Of a stretch of 64,000 bases of DNA, positions 21,467-31,228 are shown piece after piece. Location: assembly GCA_963800865.1 (NCBI GenBank), contig CAWDCL010000004.1, positions 1,935,339 to 1,999,338 of the forward strand. The letters are read 5' to 3'. The translations under genes were made by a program, and so were the position numbers. The stretch's first letter is position 1, and the number at the start of each line of letters is the position of its first letter. The notes beneath the pieces are model-generated. The model saw only the letters and a list, made by a program, of their open reading frames with translations, was not told the origin of the DNA and made no database searches. The DNA is from an uncultured Acidobacteriota bacterium. Its GTDB lineage: Bacteria > Acidobacteriota > Polarisedimenticolia > J045.

Positions 21467-22795
21467 TTGTTCGACGCCCTCACCGAACGCCTTCGAGGCG
21501 TTCTGGACAAGATCCGCGGAGGCGGAAGGGTCACCGAGGCCGATCTCGACGCGGCCCTTCGGGAGATCCGGGTTGCCCTCCTCGAGGCGGACGTGTCCTT
21601 CAAGGTGGTGAGGGACTTCCTCGCCCGGGTCCGCGAGAAGGCGCTCGGCGCGGACGTGATGCAGAGCCTGACCCCGGGTCAGCAGGTGATCCGGGTGGTT
21701 CGCGACGAGCTTCTCGGGCTGCTCGGCGGCGGTGCGGCGATGCGGCCGTTGGCGATCGCCTCCCGGCCGCCGTCGGTCTACATGCTCTGCGGCCTGCAGG
21801 GCTCGGGCAAGACGACCACGATCGGCAAGCTGGGTCGCTGGCTGAAGAAGCAGGGGCGGCACCCGCTGGTCGCGCCGGTCGACCTGCAGCGCCCGGCCGC
21901 GGTCCTGCAGGCGATCCAGGTCGCGAAGGGCGCGGACCTCGCGGTCTACGAGCACGACGGGACCGGCACCCCGGTCGAGCGGGCGCGCGAGGCGGTGCGT
22001 CACGCGCGGCAGAAGGGATTCGACGTCGTGCTGCTCGACACCGCCGGGCGGCTGCACGTCGACGAGGAACTGATGGAGGAGCTGGCCGCGCTGCGCACCG
22101 CGGTCGAGCCGGCCGAGATCCTCTACGTCGCGGACGCGATGACCGGGCAGGACGCCGTCCGCTCGGCCGAGGCGTTCAAGGCCCGGGTCCCGCTGACCGG
22201 CGTGATCCTGACCAAGCTCGACGGCGACGCCCGCGGCGGCGCCGCACTCTCGGTCGCCGCGATCACGGGCGTCCCGGTCCGCTTCGCGGGCGTCGGCGAG
22301 AAGGCCGATGCGTTCGAGGTCTTCGACCCCGAGCGGATGGCCGGCCGCATCCTCGGCATGGGCGACGTGCTCGGCCTGATCGAGAAGGCCGAAGAAGCCT
22401 TCGACGTCGAGTCCGCGCGGAAGCTCGAACAGTCGCTGCGCAGGAACCAGTTCTCGCTCGAGCAGTTCCGCGACACGCTGCGCCAGGTGCGCCGGATGGG
22501 GCCGCTCGAGTCGGTGATGGGGATGATCCCCGGCGTTCGGCTTCCGGCCGACGCGAAGGTCGATTCCCGGCGGGTCGTGCGGATGGAAGCGATCGTCGAT
22601 TCGATGACGATCCGCGAGCGGCGCGACCACCGGGTGCTGAACGGTTCGCGGCGCAAGCGGATCGCGCGCGGATCGGGCACTTCGGTGCAGGAAGTGAACC
22701 AGTTGCTGAAGCAATACCTGGAGATGCGCAAGCTCTTCCAGCAGATGGGACCGTCCCCCAGCAAGGGGCAGCTTCGCCGCCTGCTCGGCCGCTAG
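21467..22795 (+). CDS. ffh: Signal recognition particle protein Ffh
   Basis: TTG start (MFDALTERL), ALLEADV, GLQGSGKTTT, DTAGR, RILGMGD; M domain with SRRKRIARGSG. Confidence 0.97.
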   Translation: MFDALTERLRGVLDKIRGGGRVTEADLDAALREIRVALLEADVSFKVVRDFLARVREKALGADVMQSLTPGQQVIRVVRDELLGLLGGGAAMRPLAIASRPPSVYMLCGLQGSGKTTTIGKLGRWLKKQGRHPLVAPVDLQRPAAVLQAIQVAKGADLAVYEHDGTGTPVERAREAVRHARQKGFDVVLLDTAGRLHVDEELMEELAALRTAVEPAEILYVADAMTGQDAVRSAEAFKARVPLTGVILTKLDGDARGGAALSVAAITGVPVRFAGVGEKADAFEVFDPERMAGRILGMGDVLGLIEKAEEAFDVESARKLEQSLRRNQFSLEQFRDTLRQVRRMGPLESVMGMIPGVRLPADAKVDSRRVVRMEAIVDSMTIRERRDHRVLNGSRRKRIARGSGTSVQEVNQLLKQYLEMRKLFQQMGPSPSKGQLRRLLGR

Positions 22796-22823
22796 GCGCC
22801 GCGCACCGGCACACGGAGACGTC

Positions 22824-23075
22824 ATGCTCAAGATCAGGCTTCGCCGCGAAGGCTCGAAGAACCACCCCTACTTCCGGATCGTCGTCTCCGACTCGCGGAA
22901 CACGCCGACCGGGCCGATCGTCGCGACGATCGGGCACTACGCCCCCAAGCGCCAGCCGGCCGGCGTCGAACTCGACCTCGAGGCCTACGACGGCTGGATC
23001 AAGAACGGGGCCCACCCCTCCAACACCGTGCGCGTGCTGGCCGACGCCCGGCGCCGCGGCGTCTCGATCGGCTGA
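22824..23075 (+). CDS. rpsP: 30S ribosomal protein S16
   Basis: MLKIRLRREG...YFRIVVSDSR, W...GA.PS.TV. Confidence 0.95.
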   Translation: MLKIRLRREGSKNHPYFRIVVSDSRNTPTGPIVATIGHYAPKRQPAGVELDLEAYDGWIKNGAHPSNTVRVLADARRRGVSIG

Positions 23076-23082
23076 GGCGGCC

Positions 23083-23340
23083 GTGAACCAGGACCTCAGG
23101 ATGAAGGCCTTCCTCGAGCAGCTCGTGAAGGCGCTCGCGGCGCATCCCGAGCAGGGAGAGGTGCATCTCCTCGACGGCCGCCGGGCGACCCGATTCGAGA
23201 TTCACCTGCCGGCGGGCGAGCGCGGCCCGCTGATCGGCAAGGAAGGCTCGACCATCAAGGCGATCCGCACGCTCGCCGCCATCTCGGCCCACCGGCACCG
23301 CCGGCGCTTCGAGGTGGAGATCGCGGGACCCGGAGAGTGA
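23083..23340 (+). CDS. khpA: KH-domain RNA-binding protein
   Basis: LIGKEG GxxG loop; canonical position between rpsP and rimM. Confidence 0.85.
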   Translation: MNQDLRMKAFLEQLVKALAAHPEQGEVHLLDGRRATRFEIHLPAGERGPLIGKEGSTIKAIRTLAAISAHRHRRRFEVEIAGPGE

Positions 23341-23347
23341 GCGCGGC

Positions 23348-23938
23348 ATGAGTGCGGCCAGGCTGGTGATCCTCGCGCGCGTCCGGCGGCCCTGGGGGCT
23401 GCGCGGGGAACTCCTGCTCGATCTCCACACCGACTGGCCCGAGGACCGGTTCGTGCCGGGGGCCGCGATCGAGCTGGCCTGGGACGATGGACGGACCGCG
23501 CAGGCGACGGTGCGCGAGTTCCGGCAGACCGGCGTCGGCCCGCTGCTCTCGCTGGAGGGGGCGGACGGGATCGGCGAAGCGCGGATCTATGCCGGCGCGT
23601 CGATCGTCGCCGATGCGGAGCGCCTGCCACGCCTGGCCGAGGAAGGGGACTGGCAGCACGCCGACCTCGTCGGGCTGACCGTCACGCTGCGCGACGGGCG
23701 GCGGGTCGGCGTCGTGGAACGGATCGAGGAGGGGGCGGCCTCGGATTTCGCGGCGGTACGGCTCGACGGAGGCGGCGAGGCGCTGCTGCCGCTCGTCCCG
23801 GCCATCGCGGTCGCGATCGATCCGGCCGGCGGACTGCTGGTCGTCGATCCGCCGGCCGGCCTGCTCGATCCGGAGCCGGTCGAGGCCCCCGACACCGTCC
23901 GCGCGGCCTCCTCGCAGCGGGTGCGGAGGCCGGCGTGA
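23348..23938 (+). CDS. rimM: Ribosome maturation factor RimM
   Basis: [18 protein letters not shown]-barrel end PPAGLLD; synteny. Confidence 0.92.
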   Translation: MSAARLVILARVRRPWGLRGELLLDLHTDWPEDRFVPGAAIELAWDDGRTAQATVREFRQTGVGPLLSLEGADGIGEARIYAGASIVADAERLPRLAEEGDWQHADLVGLTVTLRDGRRVGVVERIEEGAASDFAAVRLDGGGEALLPLVPAIAVAIDPAGGLLVVDPPAGLLDPEPVEAPDTVRAASSQRVRRPA

Positions 23939-24678
23939 CCCGTTCCGGCCCGTTCGAGTTCGTCGTCGTGACGATCTTCCCCGGGATGTTCCCGGGTCCG
24001 CTGGAGTCCGGCATCGTGGGCCGCGCCTTCGCGCGCGGCGACCTCGCGCTGCAGACGATCGACCTGCGCTCGTTCGCGAGCGGCAGCTACCGGCAGGTCG
24101 ACGACGCGCCGTTCGGCGGCGGGGCCGGGATGGTCCTGATGGCCGAGCCGATCTACGGCGCGATCGAGTCGATCCGGGCCGAGCGTCCGGAGCTGCGCAC
24201 GCGGGTCGTGCTGCTCGACCCGGCGGGGCGCCGTCTGACGCAGCCGGTGGCGCGCGAGCTCGCGGCCTGGGACCGCCTGGTGCTGCTCTGCGGCCGCTAC
24301 GAAGGGGTCGACGAGCGGGTCCGGGCGCTGGTGGACGAGGAGATATCGATCGGCGACTATGTCGTCTCGGGGGGCGAGCTCCCGGCGATGGTCGTCATCG
24401 ACGCCGTGGCGCGGCTGGTGCCGGGCGTCGTGGGAGAACCGCAGTCCGTGGTGCAGGAGTCGTTCGAGGAGCGGCTCCTGGATCACCCGCAGTACACCCG
24501 GCCCGCGGAGTTTCGCGGGATGAAGGTGCCCGAGGTCCTGCTCTCGGGACACCATGCCGAGATCGAGTCCTGGCGGCGGCGGATGGCCTTCGAGCGCACC
24601 CGCGAACGCCGGCCGGACCTGCTCCACGAGACGACGTGTCAGAGGCCCCATGCGGGCGAGAGCGAGGCAGAGAGATGA
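23935..24678 (+). CDS. trmD: tRNA (guanine37-N1)-methyltransferase
   Basis: [42 protein letters not shown]. Confidence 0.97.
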   Translation: MTRSGPFEFVVVTIFPGMFPGPLESGIVGRAFARGDLALQTIDLRSFASGSYRQVDDAPFGGGAGMVLMAEPIYGAIESIRAERPELRTRVVLLDPAGRRLTQPVARELAAWDRLVLLCGRYEGVDERVRALVDEEISIGDYVVSGGELPAMVVIDAVARLVPGVVGEPQSVVQESFEERLLDHPQYTRPAEFRGMKVPEVLLSGHHAEIESWRRRMAFERTRERRPDLLHETTCQRPHAGESEAER

Positions 24679-25034
24679 GCGACCAGTTGATTCGCAGCGT
24701 CGAGGCACCGTATCTCAAGGACGAGGTGCCGGATTTCCGCTCCGGCGACACGGTGCGCGTTCACGTCCGGGTCCGCGAAGGCGAGAAGGAGCGCATCCAG
24801 GTCTACCAGGGCGTCGTGGTCGGCCGCAAGAGCGGCAAGCACACGACCCGCGCCTCGTTCCGCGTGCGCAAGATCAGCAGCGGCGTCGGCGTGGAGCGCG
24901 TGTTTCCGCTGCACTCGCCGCTGGTGGCGAAGATCGAGGTCGTGCAGCGCGGCCTGGTCCGGCGCTCGAAGCTGTACTACCTGAGGGGCCTCTCCGGCAA
25001 GGCCGCGAGAATCCGGGAGCGCCGCCAGGCCTGA
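24675..25034 (+). CDS. rplS: 50S ribosomal protein L19
   Basis: [40 protein letters not shown]. Confidence 0.97.
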   Translation: MSDQLIRSVEAPYLKDEVPDFRSGDTVRVHVRVREGEKERIQVYQGVVVGRKSGKHTTRASFRVRKISSGVGVERVFPLHSPLVAKIEVVQRGLVRRSKLYYLRGLSGKAARIRERRQA

Positions 25035-25037
25035 CCG

Positions 25038-26882
25038 GTGGCCGACGACCGCCGTCAACTCCTCGAAGAAGCCGAGCGACAGGCCCGGAAGGGGAACCTG
25101 TCGGCTGCGGCCACCTGCTACCGGAAGCTGCTCGAGAAGACGCCCCACGACGCCGGCCTCCTGCAGCGGCTCGGGGACGCGCTGGCCCGGAGCGGGCAGG
25201 ACGCCGAGGCCCGCGCGACGCTCCGCCGCCTGGCCGACCTGCACTGGAAGACCGGGCTGCGGTCGCGCGCGATCGCCTCGCTGCGCCGCGCCGTGCGGCT
25301 CGGGCAGCCCGATCCCGAGGCGCTCGAGCTGCTCGGCGATCGCTGCCTCGAGGCCGGGCTGGCGGCAGACGCCCGCGAGCCCCTGCTCGAGGCGTCCGCG
25401 CTCCGCGAGCAGGCCGGAGAGGTCGTCGAGGCCGCGGGGATCCTGGAGAAACTGATCCAGGCCCTGCCGCGCGATCTCACGGTGCGCGAGCAGCTGCTGC
25501 GGCTGACCGCCGGCCACGGCGCCCCCCGGCTGCACGTGCGCGCGCTCTGCCTCGCGGCGGAAGGGCGTGCGTACGCGGGACGGGCGAGCGAGACGCTCGA
25601 GGCGCTGGCGCAGGCGCTCGACCACGGCGGCGAGGACCTTCCGGCGCTGGAGTTCCTTCCCGCGATCGTCCCGGCGCTCGCCACGCTCCCCGCGTCCGCA
25701 TTTCCCTCGCGGCTGGACGGAGTCGGCGCCGCCGCGGCCGCGGCCTGGATCGTGCTGCGCGCCGCGGCGCTGACCCAGCTCGGCCACGCCGACGCGATCA
25801 CGGAACTGCGCGCCGCGGCCGACGAAGGAGAGCCGTTTCCGGCGCGCGCCCGGCTCTGGGCCGGCCGCGTCTTCCTGTCGCACCTCATGCTCTCCCACGC
25901 CGAGACCGCGATCGACGGCGCGGCGGCCGAACTGCAGGACCGGGCCGAGCTCCGGCAGGAGGTTCTGGACGCACTTGGCGCGCTCCTGGCGCGCAGCCCC
26001 GGCAACGAGCTGGCGGAGGCCTGGAGATCGCGCTACGCGCCGGCCGCTCCCGCGCCCGCGGAGCGCAAGGGACCGGGGCGCAGCGCGCGTCCGGCCGAGC
26101 CCGCACCCGCCGCGCCGCGCAGCGAGGAACCGTTCCCCCCGGAGATCGTGGCGAAGTTGGTCGAGGCGCGATCGTTTCTCGACCACCGCCTCCCCGATCG
26201 GGCGCTCGAGGCCCTGACCTCGATCCCGGCCGCGTGGCGCGAGCGCGAGGAGGTGGCCGCGCTGGTCCGGACCGCCGCCGCGGCGGCAACCCGCCGCTCC
26301 GAGTCCTCCAACACCGGTCGGACGAGGCCCGAACCGCCGCCGCCGCTGCGCGCGGATCACGAGGCCGACGAGGACGGCCTGCTGCTGGTGCTCGACCTCG
26401 ACGGCGCCGATGCCGGCCGGGCAGCCGGCGTCGCTCCTCCGGCGCCTCCCGCCGCTCCCGGGCCCGGCAGCCCCGACCTGCGCGAGCTCGACCGCGCGCT
26501 CCGCCAGTTCATGTCGGAGGAGGACGCCGAGACCGAGTACCAGATGGCGATCGGCCTGCTCGAGATGGAACTCAACGAGCAGGCGATCCCGCTGCTGGAG
26601 AACCTCCTGACGAGCCGTGACCGTGCGGCCGATGCCGCACTCTCGCTGGCCCGGCTGCACGAGGACCTGGGGGACCGCGAGGCCGCGGAGCGGGCCGCAC
26701 GGGCCGGGCTCGAGGTCACGGGCGACGACCGTCCTTCGCAGCGCGCGCAGCTGCTCTCGGTCTACGCCGAGCTCTGCGATGGACGCGGGGCGGGCGAGGA
26801 GGCCGCGGCAGCGCGCGACGAGCTGACGGCGATCCTCCTGGCCCATCCCGAGCTGCAGGGACCCGGGGAGAGCGGGCCGTGA
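25038..26882 (+). CDS. TPR-repeat protein with Pro-rich linkers
   Basis: N-terminal TPR helices, low-complexity linkers, C-terminal EDAETEYQMAIGLLEMELNEQAI TPR block. Confidence 0.7.
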   Translation: MADDRRQLLEEAERQARKGNLSAAATCYRKLLEKTPHDAGLLQRLGDALARSGQDAEARATLRRLADLHWKTGLRSRAIASLRRAVRLGQPDPEALELLGDRCLEAGLAADAREPLLEASALREQAGEVVEAAGILEKLIQALPRDLTVREQLLRLTAGHGAPRLHVRALCLAAEGRAYAGRASETLEALAQALDHGGEDLPALEFLPAIVPALATLPASAFPSRLDGVGAAAAAAWIVLRAAALTQLGHADAITELRAAADEGEPFPARARLWAGRVFLSHLMLSHAETAIDGAAAELQDRAELRQEVLDALGALLARSPGNELAEAWRSRYAPAAPAPAERKGPGRSARPAEPAPAAPRSEEPFPPEIVAKLVEARSFLDHRLPDRALEALTSIPAAWREREEVAALVRTAAAAATRRSESSNTGRTRPEPPPPLRADHEADEDGLLLVLDLDGADAGRAAGVAPPAPPAAPGPGSPDLRELDRALRQFMSEEDAETEYQMAIGLLEMELNEQAIPLLENLLTSRDRAADAALSLARLHEDLGDREAAERAARAGLEVTGDDRPSQRAQLLSVYAELCDGRGAGEEAAAARDELTAILLAHPELQGPGESGP

Positions 26883-26913
26883 CCCGCATCGCGCTCCGCC
26901 CGGACGGCTCGCA

Positions 26914-27735
26914 ATGACGGACGCACCGCTCCTCGCCACGCTCGCAGGCGGTTCGGAGGAGGGCGCCCGCGCGATGGCACGCGACGAGAGCCTGGTCCGC
27001 TACCTGGTGCGCACCGGGACGCCGACGATCGTCCTGCGCGGCCACGGATGGCTCCGCCCGACTGTCAGCCTGGGACGGGGACAGGCGCCTCCCGCGGGGC
27101 TGCCCGCCGAGGCGGCGGCGCTCGGTGTCGACGTCGTCCGCCGGCCGACCGGGGGGGGATGGCTGCTCCACCTGCCGGGCGACCTGGCCGTGACGATGGC
27201 GCTTTCCGGTCCGCTGCGGGCCGGGGAATTCCGCCGCGCGGCGCGGTCGACGTCGCAGGCGATCGCGCTCGGGCTCGCAGCCTGCGGGCGCCCGGCGCTC
27301 GTCTTCACCGGATTGACCCGTCCCGCCGCGCGGGCCGAGGTCTGCTTCCAGCGGGCCGATCGCGACGAGGTCGTGCTGGGCGCGACGAAGGTCGCCGGCG
27401 TCGCGCTGGCCCGCTTCGGGCAGGCGGCGATGGTGCAGGCCGCGTTGCCGCTCGCGGCGGCCCCGCCGGAACTGGGCGGGTTCGCCGCGCGCTGGGACGC
27501 GAACCGCGCCCCGGCCGCGGCCGAGTGCGTGGGCATCGACCGCGAGGCGCTCTGGCGCGGCACGGTCGACGCACTGGCGCGCATCGTCGACCTTCAGCCC
27601 CACGTGTGGCACTGGCCGGGTCCCGCGCTCCGCGACGCGGAGGACCTGCGCGTCCGCGTCTACGCCGATCCGTTCACCCGTGGACGCACGGAGACGGTGG
27701 CTCCGCAGGGCGACGTGGGCGGCGGCGCGCGATGA
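26914..27735 (+). CDS. Lipoate-protein ligase / octanoyltransferase family protein
   Basis: MARDE, PTVSLG, VVRRPTGGG, KVAG (catalytic Lys) of the BPL/LplA/LipB fold. Confidence 0.8.
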   Translation: MTDAPLLATLAGGSEEGARAMARDESLVRYLVRTGTPTIVLRGHGWLRPTVSLGRGQAPPAGLPAEAAALGVDVVRRPTGGGWLLHLPGDLAVTMALSGPLRAGEFRRAARSTSQAIALGLAACGRPALVFTGLTRPAARAEVCFQRADRDEVVLGATKVAGVALARFGQAAMVQAALPLAAAPPELGGFAARWDANRAPAAAECVGIDREALWRGTVDALARIVDLQPHVWHWPGPALRDAEDLRVRVYADPFTRGRTETVAPQGDVGGGAR

Positions 27736-28448
27736 GCCGGCGCGCGGCCGCCGGCGCGCTGGTCGCGTTGCTGGCGCTTTCGTGCCGCAGCCTGCCCGCG
27801 ACGTCGCCCGCCGGCGGCAGCACCGGCACGGTTCCGCTGCAGGTCGTGCACCGGGCCGCCCGCAGCGCGTCCGGCGCGCTCACTCCCGCCGCCGCGGCCG
27901 GGCTCGCGGACGGCGCCGCGCTCGCCGCGTTCCCGGAGCAGTTGCCGCTCGACGCCTGGACCGCGGTCGCGCGTGGCCGGGGCGAGATCGTACTGATCGC
28001 GGCGCCGCCGGGTGGCGCGATCGCGGAGGCGGTCGTCGACCGGCTGCGGGCCGCCGCCGCGGGCCGCCTGGTCGTCGTCTGCGACTCGCCCGCCGACATC
28101 GAGGCGAAGGAGCTGCGCGAGGCGGCCGTCGTGCTCGTGGTCTCGCCGGCCTGGACCGACGGGGCCGTGGCTCCCGATCCGCAGCGCGTCGCAGCGGAGA
28201 TCGCGCAGCGGGGTGGCGCACGCCCGCGGCTGGTCGTCGCGGACCTCACCACGGTGCAGATCGGGGAGGAGACCTGGCCGGCGGACCAGATCGTCGCGGG
28301 AACCGATCCGGCGCGGGTGGGACTGGTGACCGAGTTCGTGCTCGCCGCGCGCGCGGCGCGCGCGCTTCCCGACGCGGCCGCGATCGCGAAGCGCCGTGGC
28401 CTGCCCGAGGAGGCGGCACATTGGGAGGTCGCGGTGATCGCCGACTGA
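27732..28448 (+). CDS. Hypothetical lipoprotein, possibly a degenerate DUF362-like fold
   Basis: ATG overlaps the upstream stop; lipobox ALSC; C-terminal PRLVVAD...IVAGTDPARV...AKRRGL. Confidence 0.6.
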   Translation: MSRRAAAGALVALLALSCRSLPATSPAGGSTGTVPLQVVHRAARSASGALTPAAAAGLADGAALAAFPEQLPLDAWTAVARGRGEIVLIAAPPGGAIAEAVVDRLRAAAAGRLVVVCDSPADIEAKELREAAVVLVVSPAWTDGAVAPDPQRVAAEIAQRGGARPRLVVADLTTVQIGEETWPADQIVAGTDPARVGLVTEFVLAARAARALPDAAAIAKRRGLPEEAAHWEVAVIAD

Positions 28449-28470
28449 TCCCGCTCCGCGCGGCCCGGGC

Positions 28471-31119
28471 TCAGCGCAGGTCCAGGTCCTCTTCCAACGG
28501 CTGGACCCGCCGCGAGCGGTTGACGCGGATCGCGCGCGCGGTCCCCGAGCCGCCGCTGCCGTTCTCCCGGTCGATCTGCGCGGCCTCGCGGGCCAGGGGG
28601 AGGCGCGTGACGTAGCGCGCCCATCCGTCCGCATCCCAACCGAGCGGGATCGAGGCCACGGCGAGCATCGGTCCGGTGGCCTCGCCTGAGCCCTCGGCGA
28701 CGCGACGGGCCGCCGTCCAGGTCAGGGTCTGACCTCCCGGCGAGATCGAGAAGCGATCCGGTGACTGCGCGACCAGGCGCGCGGCCTCCTCGGGCGTCAG
28801 CGCGAGGGTGCCGTTCGCGCGGAGCGTGTAGCGCTGGAGCTGGAGCGGCAGCTCGACCCGGGCGAGGTCGGCACTGCGGCACTCGCGCACCGGTTCCTTT
28901 CCGCTCGGCAGCAGTTCCGTCACGGTGGCGCCGCAGCCCGGGGCCGACCCCGGCAGCAGGCCGGTCCGGCCGTTCAGCTCGACCGTCGTGAGGCCGGCCG
29001 GCACGGCGAAGCGCTCGACGGGGGCGTCGGCGAGCGCCTCCTTCAGGAACGCGGTCCAGATCGGCAGCGCGGCCGTCGCCCCCGTCTCGCCGCGCCCGAG
29101 CGTCTTGCGCTGGTCCAGTCCGACCCACACCCCGACCACGAGCCGCGGGGTGTAGCCGATGAACCAGGCGTCCGAGTAATCGTCGGTCGTCCCGGTCTTG
29201 CCGGCGACCGGGAAGCCCAGCGAGAGCGCGTCGCGCGCGGTGCCCCGCTCGACCACCCCGCGCAGCAGCGAGGTCATCATCCCGGCGACCTCCGGCGACA
29301 GGACCTCGGTCGTCTCCGGTTTCACGGACCAGGCGGTCGTTCCGTCGGGGTTGACCACCCGCCGTACCAGTTGCGGCGTCACGAGGATGCCGCCGTTGTC
29401 GAACGCGCCGTACGCTGCGACGAGGTCGAGCAGCGTCACCTCGAACGCGCCGAGCGCCAGCGAAGGGTAGGGTTTGAGGTCGGTCGCGATCCCGAGCCGG
29501 CGCGCGAGGTCGACGGCGGGGTCGTAGCCGAGGGCATTGAGCAACTTGACGGTCGGGATGTTCCGCGAGTGCTCGAGCGCCGAGCGGAGCGTGACCAGCC
29601 CGGCGAACTTGCGGTCGTAGTTCTGGGGCGCGTAGGCCCCCGGCGATCCGGGGTCCGACAGCACGATCGGTTCGTCGAGCACCAGCTGGTTGGGCGTGAA
29701 ACCGTTCTCGAGCGCGGCCGCGAAGATGAATGGCTTGAACGCCGAGCCCGCCTGGCGCTTGGCCTGGACCGCGCGATTGAACTCCGAGCGCCCGAAGTTC
29801 CGGCCGCCGACCAGCGCCAGGACTTCTCCCGTTGCCGGATCGAGCGCGACCAGCGCCGCCTCGACCTCCGATTCGCCGGCCAGCCGCGCCTTCGTGATCT
29901 GGCCGCCCGGGGTCGCCTCGAGGACCCGGATCTTCGTCAGCGTCCGGGGCGGGAGGGCGCGCTCGAGGCGCGTGATCCCGCTCCACGCCACTTCCGGCAT
30001 CCCGAAGGTCAGGCGCTGGTCGCTGACGCGCAGCAGCGCCGACTCCGCGCTCGAGGAGAGCACGAGCGCGGGGAGGATGTCGCCCGCGCGCGGGGCGCGC
30101 TGCCACGCCGGGTCGTCGAAGCCGGCAGGATCGGTCCCCTCCGGCAGCGGGACGCGCGGCGCGGGGTGCTTCCAGCGCTTGGCGTACGATTCGAGCCCGG
30201 CGGCGACCGCCCGCTCGGCGGCGGCCTGGAACGCGGGGTCGAGCGTCGTCTCGACCATCAGCCCGTCGCGGTAGAGCGCGTTGTCTCCGAACTGGCGCGC
30301 GACGCGGCGGCGCACCTCCTCGACGAAGTAGGTCGCCTCCGCAGCTCGCAGCCGGGGCTTGACGAGCCCGAGAGGGGACTTCTTGGCCGCCGCAGCGAGG
30401 CGCTCTTCGAGATAGCCCTCGCGCACCATCCGGTCGAGGACGTGGTTACGGCGGCGCATCGCACGTTCCGGGGACTTGATCGGCGAGAGCGACTCCGGTC
30501 GCTGGGGGAGGCCGGCCAGGAGCGCTGCCTCGGCCAGCGAGAGGTCGGCCGCACCCTTGTCGAAGAAGTAACGGGCGGCCGCCTCGAAGCCGTAGTTCCC
30601 GTGCCCGAGGTAGATCCGGTTGGCGTAGAGCTCGAGGATCTCGTCCTTCGAGTACTGCTTCTCGAGCAGCGCGGCCAGCACCGCCTCGCGCAGCTTCCGG
30701 CTGACGGTCTTCTGCGGGTGGAGCCAGATCCCGCGCGCCAGCTGCTGCGAGATCGTGCTCCCCCCCTCGAGGCCCCAGTCCAGCGAGAGTGCGCTGTTGA
30801 CCAGCGCGCGCGCGATCGCCTGCGGATCGATTCCGACGTGGTCGTAGAAGCGCGGGTCCTCGGTCGCAAGCAGTCCCTTGATCAGCCACGGACTCATCCG
30901 CGAAAGCGGGACCGAGGTCCGGCGCTGCTCGGCGAAGCTCCAGTAGCGCTCGCCATCGCGATCGAGCAGGATCGTCGATTGCGGCAGTTCCAGCGCCGAC
31001 AGCTGTTCGAGGCCCGGGATGTCGCGCGACAGGACGACGGCGAACGCGATCCCGCCGAGGGCGGCGATGGCGTAGAGCGCGGCGAACAGCAGGAGGGTAC
31101 GGCGCGGCGGCAGCTGCAT
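28471..31119 (-). CDS. Class A penicillin-binding protein (PBP1A family)
   Basis: N-terminal TM; transglycosylase EDPRFYDH.GID, GGSTISQQL, RKLRE; transpeptidase SAFK, SRN, KTGT. Confidence 0.95.
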   Translation of the reverse strand: MQLPPRRTLLLFAALYAIAALGGIAFAVVLSRDIPGLEQLSALELPQSTILLDRDGERYWSFAEQRRTSVPLSRMSPWLIKGLLATEDPRFYDHVGIDPQAIARALVNSALSLDWGLEGGSTISQQLARGIWLHPQKTVSRKLREAVLAALLEKQYSKDEILELYANRIYLGHGNYGFEAAARYFFDKGAADLSLAEAALLAGLPQRPESLSPIKSPERAMRRRNHVLDRMVREGYLEERLAAAAKKSPLGLVKPRLRAAEATYFVEEVRRRVARQFGDNALYRDGLMVETTLDPAFQAAAERAVAAGLESYAKRWKHPAPRVPLPEGTDPAGFDDPAWQRAPRAGDILPALVLSSSAESALLRVSDQRLTFGMPEVAWSGITRLERALPPRTLTKIRVLEATPGGQITKARLAGESEVEAALVALDPATGEVLALVGGRNFGRSEFNRAVQAKRQAGSAFKPFIFAAALENGFTPNQLVLDEPIVLSDPGSPGAYAPQNYDRKFAGLVTLRSALEHSRNIPTVKLLNALGYDPAVDLARRLGIATDLKPYPSLALGAFEVTLLDLVAAYGAFDNGGILVTPQLVRRVVNPDGTTAWSVKPETTEVLSPEVAGMMTSLLRGVVERGTARDALSLGFPVAGKTGTTDDYSDAWFIGYTPRLVVGVWVGLDQRKTLGRGETGATAALPIWTAFLKEALADAPVERFAVPAGLTTVELNGRTGLLPGSAPGCGATVTELLPSGKEPVRECRSADLARVELPLQLQRYTLRANGTLALTPEEAARLVAQSPDRFSISPGGQTLTWTAARRVAEGSGEATGPMLAVASIPLGWDADGWARYVTRLPLAREAAQIDRENGSGGSGTARAIRVNRSRRVQPLEEDLDLR

Positions 31120-31228
31120 CGCCCGATTCTAGCCCCGGCGGCCGGGGGTCGCCGGGGGGCTTTACAGGCCGCCCGCCGCGTGCGAGAACCGTCGCCTCGC
31201 GCACCGGCGGCGCGGAGGGGCAGGCTGC

